A DNA stretch of 64,000 nucleotides from Curvibacter sp. PD_MW3 (GCA_002633085.1 NSIV01000002.1:105602-169601); one strand, 5' to 3'; shown: positions 10,044 to 22,087, counted from the stretch's first letter. Notes: generated from the letters alone by a model not told the origin. A program made the numbers and translations.

Positions 10044-10997
10044 TCAGTCAGCCGAAATTTTTCGATCCTCGATCAGCTTCTTCCAGCGCGCAAACTCCAC
10101 CGCCTGGTAGGCGGTGAACTGTGCCGGTGTACTGCCCACGATCTCGAAACCCAGTTCCAGCAGCTTCGGTTTGACCAGCGGGTCGTTCAGGCCGGCAACA
10201 ATGGCGGCATGCAGCTTGGCCTTGATGTCGGCCGGCAGGCCGCGCGGGCCGGCGATGGCCTGCCAGGAATAGACGTTGGCGTCCTTGATGCCAGACTCCT
10301 CCAGCGTAGGCACTGCCGGCAGCAATGGCGAGCGTTGCGCGCTGGTGATGGCCAGCGCCTTGAGTTTGCCGGCCTTGATCTGTGGCATGGCAGTGTTGAT
10401 GTTCATGAAAGAGGCATCCACTTGGCCGCCCAGCAGATCGGTCATGACCGGGCCACCGCCCTTGTAGGGCACGTGGATGCCACTGGTGCCTGTCTGCTGC
10501 CAGAAGAGTTCGGCGGTCAGGTGATCACTGCTGCCGTTGCCGGACGACGCGAAGGTCATCTTCTGCGGATTGGCCTTCTGGTAGGCAATCACTTCGGCGA
10601 CGGACTTGTAAGGCGAATTCGCCGGCAGCACCAGCACGTTCGGCGCCTGCACGGCCACGCTGATGTAGTCGAAGTCCTTGAGCGCGTTGTACGGCACCTT
10701 GGCCAGTAGGTGCGGCGCAATCACATAGGGGCCGAGTGAGGACACCAGCAGCGTGTAGCCGTCCGACGCCGAACGCGCAACCTGCCCCGCCCCGATGGTG
10801 CCGGTGGCGCCGCCCTTGTTGTCGACGATGAAGCTGCCACCCAGCTTCTCCTGCAGCTTGGGCGCCAGCGTGCGCGCAATCAGGTCGGTCGAGCCGCCCG
10901 GAGGGAAGGGCACCAGCAGGGTCACGGGCTTGTCCGGCCAAGCCCAGGCGCTACAGGCCGCGGCCACAAGGGCCAGCGAGGTCAGGAATCTCTTCAT
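10044..10997 (-). CDS. Bug-family (TctC-like) tripartite tricarboxylate transporter substrate-binding protein
   Basis: Signal peptide followed by [23 protein letters not shown], the Bug family signature. Confidence 0.85.
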   Translation of the reverse strand: MKRFLTSLALVAAACSAWAWPDKPVTLLVPFPPGGSTDLIARTLAPKLQEKLGGSFIVDNKGGATGTIGAGQVARSASDGYTLLVSSLGPYVIAPHLLAKVPYNALKDFDYISVAVQAPNVLVLPANSPYKSVAEVIAYQKANPQKMTFASSGNGSSDHLTAELFWQQTGTSGIHVPYKGGGPVMTDLLGGQVDASFMNINTAMPQIKAGKLKALAITSAQRSPLLPAVPTLEESGIKDANVYSWQAIAGPRGLPADIKAKLHAAIVAGLNDPLVKPKLLELGFEIVGSTPAQFTAYQAVEFARWKKLIEDRKISAD

Positions 10998-11032
10998 GGC
11001 GGTCTCCTTCAGGGTGTTGAATCAGGAAAAAT

Positions 11033-11944
11033 TTACTGGGAACCCAGCTTCTTGATCAGGGTGGCGAGTTCGTCCATCTCGGCCGGCTTAAGGTCGGTCA
11101 GCGGCGCGCGTACCGGACCGGCATCGTGCCCCACCAGCTTGGCGCCGGCCTTGACGATGCTGACGGCATAACCCTGCCCCTTGTTGCGGATCTTCAGGTA
11201 AGGCATGAAGAACTCGCGCAGCAGGCGGTGCTGCGTGGCCATGTCGTCCTTGGCAACTGCGTGGTAGAAGTCCATCGCGGTCTTGGGTATGAAGTTGAAC
11301 ACGGCCGAGGAATAGACCGGCGTACCCAGGGCCTTGTAGGCTGCGGCATAGACCTCGGCCGTGGGCAGGCCGCCCAGGTAAGCGAAACGATCACCCATGT
11401 GCATGTAAATGGAGGACATGAGCTCAATGTCACCGATGCCGTCCTTGAAGCCGATCAGGTTGGGGCAACGCTCGGCCAAGATGGCGAGCGACTCGGGCGT
11501 CAAGCGGCAGACGTTGCGGTTGTAGACGATGACACCGAACTTCACACTCTTGCAGACCGCCTCCACGTGAGCGATCAGGCCATCCTGCCCGGCTTCGGTC
11601 AGGTAATGCGGCAGCAGCAGGATGCCATGGGCGCCGGCGCGCTCGGCTTCCTGCGCGCACTGGATGGCGAAGCGCGTCGGGCCACCGGCACCGGCGATGA
11701 TCGGCACCTTGCCCCGGCAAGTGTCCACCGCGGTCTTGATGATCTGCGGGTACTCCTCGGCAGTGAGCGAAAAGAACTCACCCGTGCCGCCGGCCGCGAA
11801 CAGGGCGCTGGCGCCGTAAGGAGCCAGCCACTCCAAGCGTGCCGCATAACCCTTTGCATTGAAGTTGCCCTGTGCGTCGAAGTCTGTCAGCGGGAAGGAC
11901 AGCAGACCGTGGGACATGATGGATTTGAGTTCTTGCGGATTCAT
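11033..11944 (-). CDS. kdgD: 5-dehydro-4-deoxyglucarate dehydratase
   Basis: DHDPS-fold protein with [10 protein letters not shown]...[13 protein letters not shown], in a glucarate cluster context. Confidence 0.9.
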   Translation of the reverse strand: MNPQELKSIMSHGLLSFPLTDFDAQGNFNAKGYAARLEWLAPYGASALFAAGGTGEFFSLTAEEYPQIIKTAVDTCRGKVPIIAGAGGPTRFAIQCAQEAERAGAHGILLLPHYLTEAGQDGLIAHVEAVCKSVKFGVIVYNRNVCRLTPESLAILAERCPNLIGFKDGIGDIELMSSIYMHMGDRFAYLGGLPTAEVYAAAYKALGTPVYSSAVFNFIPKTAMDFYHAVAKDDMATQHRLLREFFMPYLKIRNKGQGYAVSIVKAGAKLVGHDAGPVRAPLTDLKPAEMDELATLIKKLGSQ

Positions 11945-12071
11945 GGACTTCCTTGCTGATCGGATCAGGGATTTGATTTTGGTAGCGCTACCAATTTAAA
12001 GCAAAGCAGATGGTAGCGATACCAAATCTGTGCGTCAAGCCGGATTTCCTAGGGTTTTTACGGGGGTGAGG

Positions 12072-13100
12072 TCAGGCGCTTTCGCGCTCGACGATGGAAA
12101 AGCCCATGTCCACAATGCGAGGCGTCACCGGCCGTCCCTCGGCGCGAGCCATCAGCGACTGGGCGGCCAGGCGGCCGATCTCGCTGCCGTTGATGCGCAC
12201 CGTGCTCAGGGCCGGTGCCATGTCGGCCACAAAAGGCACGTCACCAAAGCCCATGACGGCCATGCGCCCGGGGATATCCACACCACGCACACGGGCCTCG
12301 GTCATTACCCCCAGCGCCAGCAGATCGGAACTGCAGAAAACGGCATCCACGGCCGGCGCCTCCTCAAGCAGCCGCGCCATGGCTTGGCGCCCGCTCTTGA
12401 GCGAGCGTGAGGCACCAACGTTGACCACATGGACTGCGCCCAGGCCATGTGCCGCCACGGCCTCAGTGAAAGCGACCGCACGACGCTGGGCGCGCTCGTC
12501 GTCGGCGCGCACCAGGGCCAGGCGTTGGTGGCCCTTGCCAATCAGGAAGCGCGCCACGGCGCGCCCGATGTCGGCGTGGGAAAACCCAATCAGCATGTCG
12601 ATCGGGGTGGGTGTCAGGTCCCAGGTCTCGACCACCGGGATGCCCGATGCCAGCAGTCGCGTGCGTCCCTGACCCGGCGGCAGGATGCCGGTCAGGAAAA
12701 TGCCGTCGGGCCGGCGCCCGATGATGGCCTCCAGCAGCAACTCCTCGCGTTCGGCCGAGTAGTCGGACTGGCCCAGCATCAACTGATAACCGGCGTTGAA
12801 GAGAGTCTCGTTCAGCGCCTCGATGGTTTCCATGAAAACCGACACCACCGTGCTCGGCACCACTGCCGCAATGAGCCGGCTGCGCGCTGAGGCCAGACCA
12901 CCAGCCATGCGGTTAGGCACGTAGCCGGTGCGCTGCACAGCGTCCTGCACCTTGCGCAGCACCTCGGCGGAGACTTGCATCGGCGTGTTGATGGCACGCG
13001 AGGCCGTGATCGGCGCCACGCCGGCCAGTTTGGCCACGTCACGCAGGGTGATGCCTCCGCTGCCGCGGCGTGAACGTTTGCTGTTTTCCTTGTCGCTCAT
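12072..13100 (-). CDS. LacI-family transcriptional regulator (glucarate/galactarate cluster)
   Basis: [25 protein letters not shown] followed by a periplasmic-binding-fold sugar domain. The start is at the internal ATG (MSDKEN); the ORF extends to 13145. Confidence 0.85.
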   Translation of the reverse strand: MSDKENSKRSRRGSGGITLRDVAKLAGVAPITASRAINTPMQVSAEVLRKVQDAVQRTGYVPNRMAGGLASARSRLIAAVVPSTVVSVFMETIEALNETLFNAGYQLMLGQSDYSAEREELLLEAIIGRRPDGIFLTGILPPGQGRTRLLASGIPVVETWDLTPTPIDMLIGFSHADIGRAVARFLIGKGHQRLALVRADDERAQRRAVAFTEAVAAHGLGAVHVVNVGASRSLKSGRQAMARLLEEAPAVDAVFCSSDLLALGVMTEARVRGVDIPGRMAVMGFGDVPFVADMAPALSTVRINGSEIGRLAAQSLMARAEGRPVTPRIVDMGFSIVERESA

Positions 13101-13197
13101 GAAAGGTGCTTGCCTGCCGTTTATGGTACCGCTATCATTCAGCATATGTCAACGGCGACGACCGTGTCGCCACAGGCCAATGATAGGAGATCCCGCC

Positions 13198-14742
13198 ATG
13201 AACCCGCTGACCATCCGCATGCACGCGCGCGACAATGTTGCGATCGTGGCCAACGATGGCGGACTGGCCGCCGGCACCGCGCTACCGAGCGGGCCGATCT
13301 TGCGCGAGGCGGTACCGCAGGGACACAAGGTGGCGCTGGCCGACCTGCCGGCCGGTGTACCGGTGCTCCGTTACGGCATTCCCATCGGCTACGCGCTCAA
13401 GGACATCCTCGCCGGCAGCTGGGTGCACGAGCGTCTGCTGGACATGCCTGTCGCACGCGGCCTGGATCAGTTGCCCATGGCCAGCGTCCGGCCCGCGGTA
13501 CAGCCACCGCTGGAGGGTTACACCTTCGAGGGCTATCGCAATGCCGACGGCTCGGTGGGCACACGCAACATCCTGGCCATCACCACCACCGTGCAGTGCG
13601 TGGCCGGCGTGCTCGACCATGCAGTGCAGCGCATCAAGGCCGAACTGCTGCCGCAGTACCCGAACGTGGACGACGTGGTGGGCCTGGAGCACGGTTACGG
13701 CTGCGGCGTGGCCATCGAGGCTGACGACGCCGAGATCCCGATCCGCACGTTGCGCAACATCAGCCTCAACCCCAACTTCGGCGGTGAGGTCATGGTGGTG
13801 AGCCTGGGCTGTGAGAAGCTGCAGCCCGAACGCCTGTTGCCGCCGGGCAGCATTCCCATCACGGACGGGCGCAGCAACGAGCTGGACGTGGTCTGTCTGC
13901 AGGACGAAGTCCATGTGGGCTTCCTGTCCATGATCGACGACATCCTGCAGACCGCACGCCGGCACCTGGATCGCCTCAATGCGCGTCGCCGCGTCACCGT
14001 ACCGGCCAACGAGCTGGTGGTGGGTGTGCAGTGTGGCGGCAGCGACGCCTTCTCGGGCGTGACGGCCAACCCCGCCGTAGGCTACTGCACCGATCTGCTG
14101 GTGCGCGCCGGCGCCAGCGTGATGTTCTCCGAAGTCACCGAGGTACGTGACGCCATTGACCAGCTCACCGCACGCGCCGCCACGCCCGAGATCGCCGAGG
14201 CCATGGTCCGCCAGATGGCTTGGTACGACGCCTACCTGCAGCGCGGCCGCGTGGACCGCAGCGCCAACACCACGCCAGGCAACAAGAAGGGCGGCCTGTC
14301 CAACATCGTCGAAAAAGCCATGGGCTCCATCATCAAGTCGGGCACCGCCCCTATCTCCGGTGTGCTCCCGCCCGGCGAGAAGCTCCGGCAGAAAGGCCTG
14401 GTCTTCGCCGCCACCCCGGCCAGCGACTTCATCTGCGGCACGCTGCAGTTGGCCGCCGGCATGAACCTGCATGTATTCACCACCGGCCGCGGTACACCTT
14501 ACGGCCTGGCCGCCGTGCCGGTGATCAAGGTTGCGACGCGCAGCGATCTGGCGCGGCGCTGGCACGACCTCATGGACGTCAATGCCGGCAGCATCGCCGA
14601 TGGCGCCAAAAACATCGAGGAAGTAGGCTGGGAACTCTTCCACCTCATGCTGGACGTGGCCAGCGGCCGCAGGAAGACCTGGGCCGAGCAATGGAAGCTG
14701 CACAACGCCCTGGTGCTGTTCAACCCGGCGCCCGTCACCTGA
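13198..14742 (+). CDS. garD: Galactarate dehydratase (UxaA/GarD family, SAF N-terminal domain)
   Basis: [26 protein letters not shown] domain plus a UxaA-type C-terminal domain. GGAGA lies 8 nt upstream of the ATG at 13198; the longer ORF from 12928 overlaps the divergent regulator. Confidence 0.85.
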   Translation: MNPLTIRMHARDNVAIVANDGGLAAGTALPSGPILREAVPQGHKVALADLPAGVPVLRYGIPIGYALKDILAGSWVHERLLDMPVARGLDQLPMASVRPAVQPPLEGYTFEGYRNADGSVGTRNILAITTTVQCVAGVLDHAVQRIKAELLPQYPNVDDVVGLEHGYGCGVAIEADDAEIPIRTLRNISLNPNFGGEVMVVSLGCEKLQPERLLPPGSIPITDGRSNELDVVCLQDEVHVGFLSMIDDILQTARRHLDRLNARRRVTVPANELVVGVQCGGSDAFSGVTANPAVGYCTDLLVRAGASVMFSEVTEVRDAIDQLTARAATPEIAEAMVRQMAWYDAYLQRGRVDRSANTTPGNKKGGLSNIVEKAMGSIIKSGTAPISGVLPPGEKLRQKGLVFAATPASDFICGTLQLAAGMNLHVFTTGRGTPYGLAAVPVIKVATRSDLARRWHDLMDVNAGSIADGAKNIEEVGWELFHLMLDVASGRRKTWAEQWKLHNALVLFNPAPVT

Positions 14743-14821
14743 AAGCCAATTGACTGCGCAGCCTAATCACTTCGATTTTTTCAGGCGTTCGAAACCATTG
14801 ATCACAAACAAGGAGGCCCAT

Positions 14822-15775
14822 ATGCTGTCCACTTTTCGCAAAACTTGGCTCGGCATGCTGTTCGCGGCCTTGAGCCTGAGCGTCGCCGCCCAGGGCGGCC
14901 CGATCAAGATCGTCGTTCCCTACCCGCCCGGCGGCTCCTCCGACATCATTGCGCGCTCGATCAGCCAGCCCCTGTCGGACCTGCTCAAGCAACCTGTGAT
15001 CGTGGAGAACCGCGCCGGCGCCAACGGCAATCTCGGCGCCGATCAGGTGGCCAAGTCCAAGGCCGATGGCCTGACCCTGCTGCTGTGCGACACCGGCGCC
15101 CTGGCCATCAGCCCCACGATCTACAAGCTTCCCTTCGATCCCTCCAAGGACCTTCGTGGCGTGACCATGCTGGCCTATTCGCCGCACATGCTGGTGGTGC
15201 ACCCCTCGGTGCCGGCCAACACCCTGCAGGAGCTTGTGGCACTGTCGAAGAAAACGCAGCTAAATTTTGCCGTCACGGCCATGGGCAGTGCCCCGCACCT
15301 TGCTGGCGTATCCGTACAGCGCGCCAGCGGTGCCGAATGGACCTACATACCCTACAAGGGCGGCGTACAGGCCGTGACCGACACCATCGCGGGCCAGACC
15401 CAGGTCACGATGAACGGCATGCTGGCCACCCTGCCCCATGTGCAGAGCGGCAAGCTCAAGGTACTGGCCATCTCCAAAGCCACGCGCATGCCCCTGGTGG
15501 CCAACATGCTCACGCTGGCCGAGCAGGGCCTGAAGGGTTTTGAATCGGGCACCTGGCAAGGCGTGCTCGTGCCGGCAAACACCCCCAAGGCCGTGATCGA
15601 CAAGCTCAACGCCGCCCTGGTGCAGGTCATTCGCAACCCCGAGGTACGCAGCCGCCTGACGGCCCAGGGCGCCGAGGTGGTGACCATGAGCCCCGAGGAG
15701 CAGGACAAGTTCTTCGCCAAGGAGCGTGCGCGCTGGCAGGCCGTCGTCAACGAGGCCAAGATCCAGCTGGAATGA
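14822..15775 (+). CDS. Bug-family (TctC-like) substrate-binding protein
   Basis: Signal peptide MLSTFRKTWLGMLFAALSLSVAAQG followed by IKIVVPYPPGGSSDIIAR. AGGAGG lies upstream of the ATG at 14822. Confidence 0.85.
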   Translation: MLSTFRKTWLGMLFAALSLSVAAQGGPIKIVVPYPPGGSSDIIARSISQPLSDLLKQPVIVENRAGANGNLGADQVAKSKADGLTLLLCDTGALAISPTIYKLPFDPSKDLRGVTMLAYSPHMLVVHPSVPANTLQELVALSKKTQLNFAVTAMGSAPHLAGVSVQRASGAEWTYIPYKGGVQAVTDTIAGQTQVTMNGMLATLPHVQSGKLKVLAISKATRMPLVANMLTLAEQGLKGFESGTWQGVLVPANTPKAVIDKLNAALVQVIRNPEVRSRLTAQGAEVVTMSPEEQDKFFAKERARWQAVVNEAKIQLE

Positions 15776-15795
15776 GCACCAGATCAGCGCCTGAA

Positions 15796-15829
15796 AGCAG
15801 CAGGGCCGCCCAAGGGCGGCCCTGCTGCT
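15796..15829. terminator. Strong hairpin between convergent genes (possible bidirectional terminator)
   Basis: agcagcagggccgcc-caag-ggcggccctgctgct forms a 15-bp perfect stem. There is no clear U-tract. Confidence 0.45.
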
Positions 15830-15844
15830 TGGGGCTGTCAAATC

Positions 15845-17224
15845 TCAACTTCCCGCCACCTTCATCTTGCCCAACAGAATCGAGCCCACCGTCTTGGCGC
15901 CGTAGTTGTAGGCATCGGCCCCCACGGCCTGGATGCCTTTCAACATATCCCGCATGTTGCCGGCAATGGTGATCTCGTGCACCGGGTAGGCAATGCGGCC
16001 TTTCTCGACCCAGAAGCCGCTGGCGCCGCGCGAGTAGTCGCCGGTGACGTAGTTGACGCCCTGGCCCATCAGTTCGGTGACAAACAGGCCGGTGCCGAGT
16101 TTTTCCAGCATGGCGTCCAGATTGTCGCCAGCCTGGGTCAGGCGCGAGGTCAAGGTGAGGTTGTGCGAACCGCCGGCGTTGCCGGTGGTCTTCATGCCGA
16201 GCTTGCGCGCCGAATAGCTGCTGAGGAAATACCCCTGCACCCGACCGGCCTCGACCACGGAACGTGCTTTCACCCGCACGCCTTCTTCGTCGAACGGCGA
16301 GCTGCCCTTGCCGCGCAGCACGAACGGGTCTTCCAGAATGTCGATGTGCTTCGGCAGCACCTGCTTGCCCAATGAGTCGAGCAGGAAGGAGCTCTTGCGG
16401 TACAGCGCACCGCCACTCAGGGCCTGCACCAGCGCGCCCAGCAGGCCAGCGGCCAGCGGCGACTCGAACAGCACCGGCACTTCGCGCGTGCTGATCTTGC
16501 GCGCCTTCAAGCGGCTCAAGGCGCGCTCGGCAGCGTAGCGGCCGATTGCCTGCGGCGAGGCCAGGTCATCGGGGTGGCGCTGCGAGCTGTACCAGTAGTC
16601 GCGCTGCATGCCGTCGCCCTTGCCCGCAATGGGTGAGACCGAGACCGAATGGCGTGAGCTGGCGTAGCCGCCACGGAAGCCATGCGTGTGGGCGCTGAAG
16701 AAATGCGACTGCTGGGCCGACACTGCGGCGCCTTCGCTATTGGTGATGCGGCGGTCGGTCTGCAGTGCCGCGGCCTCGGTGGCGCGCGCCAGCTCGGCGG
16801 CCTGGGCGCTGTTGATGGCCCAGGGGTGGAACAGGTCCAGGTTCTTCTTGGCCGCAGAAGGCGACACGATGTCCCGCTCGTCTGGCAGGCCGGCCACCGG
16901 GTCTTCGGCGGTGAAACGGGCAATATCAAAAGCAGCCTGCACGGTCTGCTCGATGGCGGCCCGGGAAAAATCGGACGTGCTGGCATTGCCGCGGCGGTTG
17001 CCCACGTAGACCGTGACGCCGAGCGACTTGTCGCGGTTGCGCTCCACGTTTTCCAGTTCGCCCTTGCGCACCGAGACACTCAGGCCGCAGCCCTCGGAGG
17101 CCTCGGCGCCGGCATCGGTGGCGCCCAGTTTTTTGGCATGCGCCAGGGCGGTGTCCACCAGGTCTTCAAAGAAGGCGCGGCTGTAGCTGAAGCCGCTTTC
17201 TGCGCGAGGGTCGGGTTTATTCAT
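15845..17224 (-). CDS. pmbA: Metalloprotease PmbA (TldE)
   Basis: PmbA/TldD-family sequence throughout, divergent from yjgA as in enterobacteria. The start is at the internal ATG (MNKPDP); the ORF extends to 17293. Confidence 0.9.
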   Translation of the reverse strand: MNKPDPRAESGFSYSRAFFEDLVDTALAHAKKLGATDAGAEASEGCGLSVSVRKGELENVERNRDKSLGVTVYVGNRRGNASTSDFSRAAIEQTVQAAFDIARFTAEDPVAGLPDERDIVSPSAAKKNLDLFHPWAINSAQAAELARATEAAALQTDRRITNSEGAAVSAQQSHFFSAHTHGFRGGYASSRHSVSVSPIAGKGDGMQRDYWYSSQRHPDDLASPQAIGRYAAERALSRLKARKISTREVPVLFESPLAAGLLGALVQALSGGALYRKSSFLLDSLGKQVLPKHIDILEDPFVLRGKGSSPFDEEGVRVKARSVVEAGRVQGYFLSSYSARKLGMKTTGNAGGSHNLTLTSRLTQAGDNLDAMLEKLGTGLFVTELMGQGVNYVTGDYSRGASGFWVEKGRIAYPVHEITIAGNMRDMLKGIQAVGADAYNYGAKTVGSILLGKMKVAGS

Positions 17225-17286
17225 AGCGGGAGCTATGATACTTGGCCGTGCGCAACTCGACCGCGCCCCACCGGATTCCCCCAGAC

Positions 17287-17928
17287 ATGTCACGCAAACC
17301 CAAAAAAGGCTATTACGTCAAAGGCCAGTTTGTCGCCGAAGGCAGCGAACTCGACCTGGAGCTCAAGCGCGAGCTCAAGGGCGATACCGAAATCAGCCGG
17401 ACCGACCTCAAGCGCGAAAGCACCGAGCTGCAAAAGCTGGGCGAGGAGTTGCTGACGCTGCGCGCCGACCTTCTGGCCAAGCTGGATCTATCGGACAAGA
17501 TGATGGACGCGCTGGCCGAGGCCAAGCGCATCACCAACTTCGAGGGCAAGCGCCGGCAGATGCAGTTCGTCGGCAAGCTCATGCGCCTGCTAGAGCCGCA
17601 GGTGATTGAAGCCGCCCGTGCCGCGCTGGCCGAGCAGCACGCCCCCTCCGCCCGCGAAACCAAGCTGCTGCACAGCGCCGAGTTGTGGCGCGACCGGCTG
17701 ATTGCCGACGACGACGCGGTGGCGCAATGGATCAACAACTTCCCGCAAACCGACACCCAGCAGCTGCGCGCCCTGGTGCGCCAGGCACGCAAGGACGCCA
17801 AGCCGGCCGACAAGGCCGCCGTGTCGCAAGGCCTAGCACCACGCCAGGGCCGCGCCTACCGCGAGGTATTCCAGCTGGTGCGCGAGCAACTGACGGCAGC
17901 GGAAGAATCAGGAGAGAACGATGAGTGA
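17287..17928 (+). CDS. yjgA: Ribosome-associated YjgA (DUF615) family protein
   Basis: SRTDLKRESTELQKLGEELLTL...RRQMQFVGKLMR is typical of YjgA. It is adjacent to and divergent from pmbA. Confidence 0.85.
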   Translation: MSRKPKKGYYVKGQFVAEGSELDLELKRELKGDTEISRTDLKRESTELQKLGEELLTLRADLLAKLDLSDKMMDALAEAKRITNFEGKRRQMQFVGKLMRLLEPQVIEAARAALAEQHAPSARETKLLHSAELWRDRLIADDDAVAQWINNFPQTDTQQLRALVRQARKDAKPADKAAVSQGLAPRQGRAYREVFQLVREQLTAAEESGENDE

Positions 17929-18526
17929 GAACCAGGCCTGCGATGCACTGAAGATCGGCATCGTTTCCATCAGCGACCGCGCCTCCAGCGGCACCTACGA
18001 AGACAAGGGCCTGCCCGCCTTGAAGGACTGGCTCACCCGCGCGCTGAAGAACCCCATCACCTTTGAGCCGCGCCTGATCCCGGACGAGCAGGCCACCATC
18101 AGTGCCACGCTGATCGAACTGGTCGATGCCGGCTGCGCGCTGGTGCTGACCACCGGCGGCACTGGTCCTGCGCTGCGCGACGTGACGCCCGAGGCCACGC
18201 TGGCTGTGGCGCACAAGGAAATGCCCGGTTTTGGCGAACAGATGCGCCAGATCAGCCTGAGGTTCGTGCCGACGGCCATCCTGTCGCGCCAGGTGGCGGT
18301 GATCCGCGACAAGAGCCTGATCATCAACCTGCCGGGGCAGCCGAAGTCGATTGCCGAGACGCTGGAAGGCCTGAAGGACGCCAATGGCAAGTCGGTCATG
18401 GACGGCATCTTTGCCGCCGTTCCCTACTGTGTGGACCTGATCGGCGGCCCCTACATGGAAACCAACGACGAAGTGTGCAAGGCGTTTCGTCCGAAGGCGG
18501 CCATTCGCCCACCCAGGGCCGCCTGA
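17921..18526 (+). CDS. mog: Molybdopterin adenylyltransferase (MogA)
   Basis: LKIGIVSISDRASSGTYEDKGLPAL...LTTGGTGPALRDVTPEA MoaB/Mog fold motifs. Confidence 0.85.
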   Translation: MSENQACDALKIGIVSISDRASSGTYEDKGLPALKDWLTRALKNPITFEPRLIPDEQATISATLIELVDAGCALVLTTGGTGPALRDVTPEATLAVAHKEMPGFGEQMRQISLRFVPTAILSRQVAVIRDKSLIINLPGQPKSIAETLEGLKDANGKSVMDGIFAAVPYCVDLIGGPYMETNDEVCKAFRPKAAIRPPRAA

Positions 18527-18555
18527 ACCTCAACCCACCCGAAGCAGCACCGTCC

Positions 18556-19422
18556 ATGCCACTGTCGCATGTTCTGCTGGCTCTGGCCGTGGTGGCGGTC
18601 TGGGGCACCAATTTCGTCGTCATCAAGTTCGGGCTGACCGAACTGCCGCCACTGCTGCTGGCGACCATGCGCTTCGCGCTCAGCGCCCTGCCCTGGCTGC
18701 TGTTCATCAAGCGCCCGGCCGTGGCCTGGCGCTACCTCGTCGCCTACGGCGTGCTGATCGGCTTCATGTTCGGCTTGCTCTTCCTGGCCATGCGTTCCGA
18801 CGTCTCGCCCGGCCTGGCCTCGCTGCTCATGCAGTCGCAGGTTTTCATGACGCTGCTGCTCGTGGCTTGGCTGCAGCACGAGCGCATGCCGCCTGCCCAG
18901 TTCGCCGGCCTGGGACTGGCCACACTGGGCTTTGCGCTGATCGCCTGGCAGAGCTTCAGCCAGGCACATTCGGACGTCACGCCCCTGGGCCTGATGCTGG
19001 CACTGGGCGGCGCCTTGTGCTGGGCGTCGGGCAATGTGGTCTCGCGCAGCATCGGCCGCGTGGACATGCTGGGTTTCATGGTCTGGAGCAGTGTGTTTGC
19101 CGTGCCCCCGCTGCTGGGCTTGAGCCTGTGGTTCGAAGGCCCGGCCGCCATCACCGAAGCGCTGCCGCGCGCCAGCCTGGCCGCCTGGGCGGCGATGATC
19201 TGGCAGGCTGTGGGCAACACGCTGTTCGGCTTTGGTGCCTGGGGCTGGCTGCTGGCGCGGCACCCGGCTGCCACCATCACACCCATGGCCCTGCTGATCC
19301 CGGTTTTCGGTATGGGTGCCTCCGCCCTGCTGCTGGGCGAACCGCTGCAGGCCTGGAAGCTGGCCGCAACGGCCCTGGTGATCGGTGGACTGGCGGTCAA
19401 CGTGCTGGCGTCGCGCCGCTGA
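18556..19422 (+). CDS. EamA/DMT-family transporter
   Basis: Ten-TM style hydrophobic profile with WGTNFVVIKFGL and two EamA repeats. The start is placed at the internal ATG at 18556. Confidence 0.8.
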   Translation: MPLSHVLLALAVVAVWGTNFVVIKFGLTELPPLLLATMRFALSALPWLLFIKRPAVAWRYLVAYGVLIGFMFGLLFLAMRSDVSPGLASLLMQSQVFMTLLLVAWLQHERMPPAQFAGLGLATLGFALIAWQSFSQAHSDVTPLGLMLALGGALCWASGNVVSRSIGRVDMLGFMVWSSVFAVPPLLGLSLWFEGPAAITEALPRASLAAWAAMIWQAVGNTLFGFGAWGWLLARHPAATITPMALLIPVFGMGASALLLGEPLQAWKLAATALVIGGLAVNVLASRR

Positions 19423-19431
19423 CCGATCCGC

Positions 19432-20205
19432 CTACTTGCCGACCAGCTGGTTGAGCTTGGCGGCCTCGAAGTGCTCTTCGCGCGCCGCATCACAGGGTAC
19501 GCACTCCGACGGCGGCTTGCCGGTCGAAAGTTTCTCGATCGCCTGCCACAGCAGCGCGATCTGGTGCTCCTGCGATGAGGCGTTGTCGATCAGGCCGCGC
19601 ATGGCCTGGCTCAGCGGATCGTCTTCCTGCGTGATGCCATAGGCGGTGAACTTCTTTTCCGGCGCCGTCACGTCGGCACTCTCGCCCGCCTTGGACGGGA
19701 TGATGCGCGCCGGAATGCCCACGGCGGTGGCGCCGGCCGGTACCGGCTTGATCACCACGGCGTTGGAGCCGATCTTGGCGCCGTCACCGACTTCAAAACC
19801 GCCCAGCACCTTGGCGCCCGCACTCACCACCACATCGCGGCCCAGCGTCGGGTGGCGCTTGGTGCCCTTGTAGAGCGAGGTGCCGCCCAGCGTGACGCCG
19901 TGGTAGATCGTGCAGCCGTCACCCACTTCAGCGGTCTCGCCGATCACCACACCCATGCCGTGGTCGATGAAAACGCGCTGGCCGATCTTGGCGCCCGGAT
20001 GGATCTCGATACCGGTCAGCCAGCGGCTCAGGTGCGAAATGAAACGCCCCAGCCATTTCAGGCCGTGGGCCCAGCACCAGTGGCCCCAGCGGTGGAACAG
20101 CAGCGCATGCAGGCCGGGGTAGCAGGTCAGCACCTCCCAGCCGCTGCGGGCGGCCGGATCGCGGTCGAGGATGCACTGGATGTCGGAGCGGAGGCGGGAA
20201 AACAT
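19432..20205 (-). CDS. cysE: Serine O-acetyltransferase
   Basis: DPAARS...[41 protein letters not shown] hexapeptide LbH motifs. Confidence 0.9.
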   Translation of the reverse strand: MFSRLRSDIQCILDRDPAARSGWEVLTCYPGLHALLFHRWGHWCWAHGLKWLGRFISHLSRWLTGIEIHPGAKIGQRVFIDHGMGVVIGETAEVGDGCTIYHGVTLGGTSLYKGTKRHPTLGRDVVVSAGAKVLGGFEVGDGAKIGSNAVVIKPVPAGATAVGIPARIIPSKAGESADVTAPEKKFTAYGITQEDDPLSQAMRGLIDNASSQEHQIALLWQAIEKLSTGKPPSECVPCDAAREEHFEAAKLNQLVGK

Positions 20206-20214
20206 GGCTGCAGT

Positions 20215-21015
20215 TTATCGCTTCGCCTTGTCGGCTGTCTCCAGCATGGCCTTGGCAACACCTCTGAGGATATGGATTTCCTCCTGCGTCAGCTCGGCGC
20301 GGTTGAACAGGGCGTTCAGGCGCGGCATCAGCTTCTTGGGTGCGGCCGGGTCGAGGAAGCCGATGGCCGTGAGCGCCTGCTCCAGGTGCGTCAGCATGCC
20401 GGCCACCTGCGGCACGTCGGCCAGCACCGGCGGCGCGGTGGCGGCCTGCACGTCGTAACCACCCAAGGCCACCCGCCAGTCGTAGGCAATCACCTGCAGC
20501 GCCGCGCCCAGATTGAGCGAGCCGAACTTGGGGTTGGTCGGGATGCTCAGGGCCACGTGGCAGCGGTAGACGTCTTCATTGCGCATGCCGAAGCGCTCGG
20601 AGCCGAACAGGAAGGCCACACCCTGCCCAGGCTCGAGATTCGAAGCCTTTTCGGCCTCCAGCCCTTTTGAAACAGGCGCCAACCGCTCCTTTTTCAATAG
20701 CAGATCGAAGTGCTCGCGCGGCGTGCGCGTGGGCGGGCCGAAGTCGCGCGGCGTCATGGCGGTGGCGCACAGGTGGGTCATGCCGTCCAGGGCCTCGTCC
20801 AGCGTCTCCACGATGCGCGCGTTCTCCAGCACGTCCAGGGCGCCGCTGGCGCGCTGGATGGTTTCCTCGCGGCGCAGCACATTGGCCCAGCGCGGCGCCA
20901 CCAGCACCAGATCATCAAAGCCCATCACCTTCATGGCGCGCGCAGCAGCCCCCACATTGCCGGCGTGGCTGGTCTGGATCAGGACAAAACGGGTGCGAAA
21001 AGTGGGTGTTGGCAT
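20215..21015 (-). CDS. trmJ: tRNA (cytidine/uridine-2'-O)-methyltransferase TrmJ (SpoU family)
   Basis: FVLIQTSHAGNVGAAARAMKVMGF...SLNLGAALQVIAY. Start at the internal ATG at 21015; the upstream part of the ORF is non-coding-like. It is divergent from suhB, as in E. coli. Confidence 0.85.
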   Translation of the reverse strand: MPTPTFRTRFVLIQTSHAGNVGAAARAMKVMGFDDLVLVAPRWANVLRREETIQRASGALDVLENARIVETLDEALDGMTHLCATAMTPRDFGPPTRTPREHFDLLLKKERLAPVSKGLEAEKASNLEPGQGVAFLFGSERFGMRNEDVYRCHVALSIPTNPKFGSLNLGAALQVIAYDWRVALGGYDVQAATAPPVLADVPQVAGMLTHLEQALTAIGFLDPAAPKKLMPRLNALFNRAELTQEEIHILRGVAKAMLETADKAKR

Positions 21016-21141
21016 CGGAATCTGGGCGAACGGGTAAAATCGCCCTATTGTCGCTGCCCGCATCGCCGAGCAGTCCGTCCGCTCTTCGTCCGTTGAAGGC
21101 AGATCCCTGTGGGTCTGTCCCGCAAACCTCACACACAATTT

Positions 21142-22059
21142 ATGTCGACCAACCTGCACCCCATGCTTAACGTGGCCATCAAGGCCGCCCGCGCCGCCGG
21201 CGCCATCATCAACCGCGCTGCCCTGGATGTCGAGGCGGTTCGCGTTTCGCAAAAGCAGGTGAACGACTTTGTGACCGAGGTGGACCATGCCAGCGAGCAG
21301 ACCATCATCGAAACCCTGCTCACCGCCTACCCGGGCCACGGCATTCTGGGCGAGGAAACCGGCAGTACCTATGGCGCCAAGGATTCAGAGTTCGTCTGGA
21401 TCATCGACCCGCTGGACGGCACCACCAACTTCATCCACGGCTTTCCGGTCTATTGCGTCAGCATCGCGCTGGCCGTCAAGGGCAAGGTCGAGCAGGCCGT
21501 CATCTACGACCCGAGCCGCAACGACCTCTTCACCGCCACCAAGGGCCGCGGCGCCTACATGAACGACCGCCGCATCCGCGTCAGCAAGCGCACGCAGCTG
21601 AAGGAATGCCTGATTTCCACTGGTTTCCCCTTCCGCAAGGGCGACAACTTCCCCGCCTACCTCGCCATGATGAGCGACGTGATGCAGCGCACCGCCGGCC
21701 TGCGCCGCCCGGGCGCTGCCGCGCTCGACCTGGCCTATGTGGCCGCCGGCTTCACCGACGGCTTCTTCGAGACCGGCCTGCAGCCCTGGGACGTGGCCGC
21801 CGGCTCGCTCTTGGTGACCGAGGCTGGGGGCCTGGTCGGCAATTTCACCGGTGAGTCCGACTTCCTCGAGCAGAAGGAATGCCTGGCCGGCAACCCGCGC
21901 ATCTATGGCCAACTGGTGCCGCTGTTGAACAAGTACAGCAAGTTCGCCAGTGCTGGCGACAAGGCGGCCGCACGCCAGGCCGCCGCCAACGTCACCACCC
22001 TCACGGTCTCCTCGACACCGGCCGAAGAAGACGAACGCGATCAGGGCGCGTTCGAATAA
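21142..22059 (+). CDS. suhB: Inositol monophosphatase family protein SuhB
   Basis: [15 protein letters not shown]...EETG...[12 protein letters not shown]...AAG IMPase motifs. Confidence 0.9.
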   Translation: MSTNLHPMLNVAIKAARAAGAIINRAALDVEAVRVSQKQVNDFVTEVDHASEQTIIETLLTAYPGHGILGEETGSTYGAKDSEFVWIIDPLDGTTNFIHGFPVYCVSIALAVKGKVEQAVIYDPSRNDLFTATKGRGAYMNDRRIRVSKRTQLKECLISTGFPFRKGDNFPAYLAMMSDVMQRTAGLRRPGAAALDLAYVAAGFTDGFFETGLQPWDVAAGSLLVTEAGGLVGNFTGESDFLEQKECLAGNPRIYGQLVPLLNKYSKFASAGDKAAARQAAANVTTLTVSSTPAEEDERDQGAFE

Positions 22060-22087
22060 GCAGACAGGTTGAACGTGCGCCGCCGGC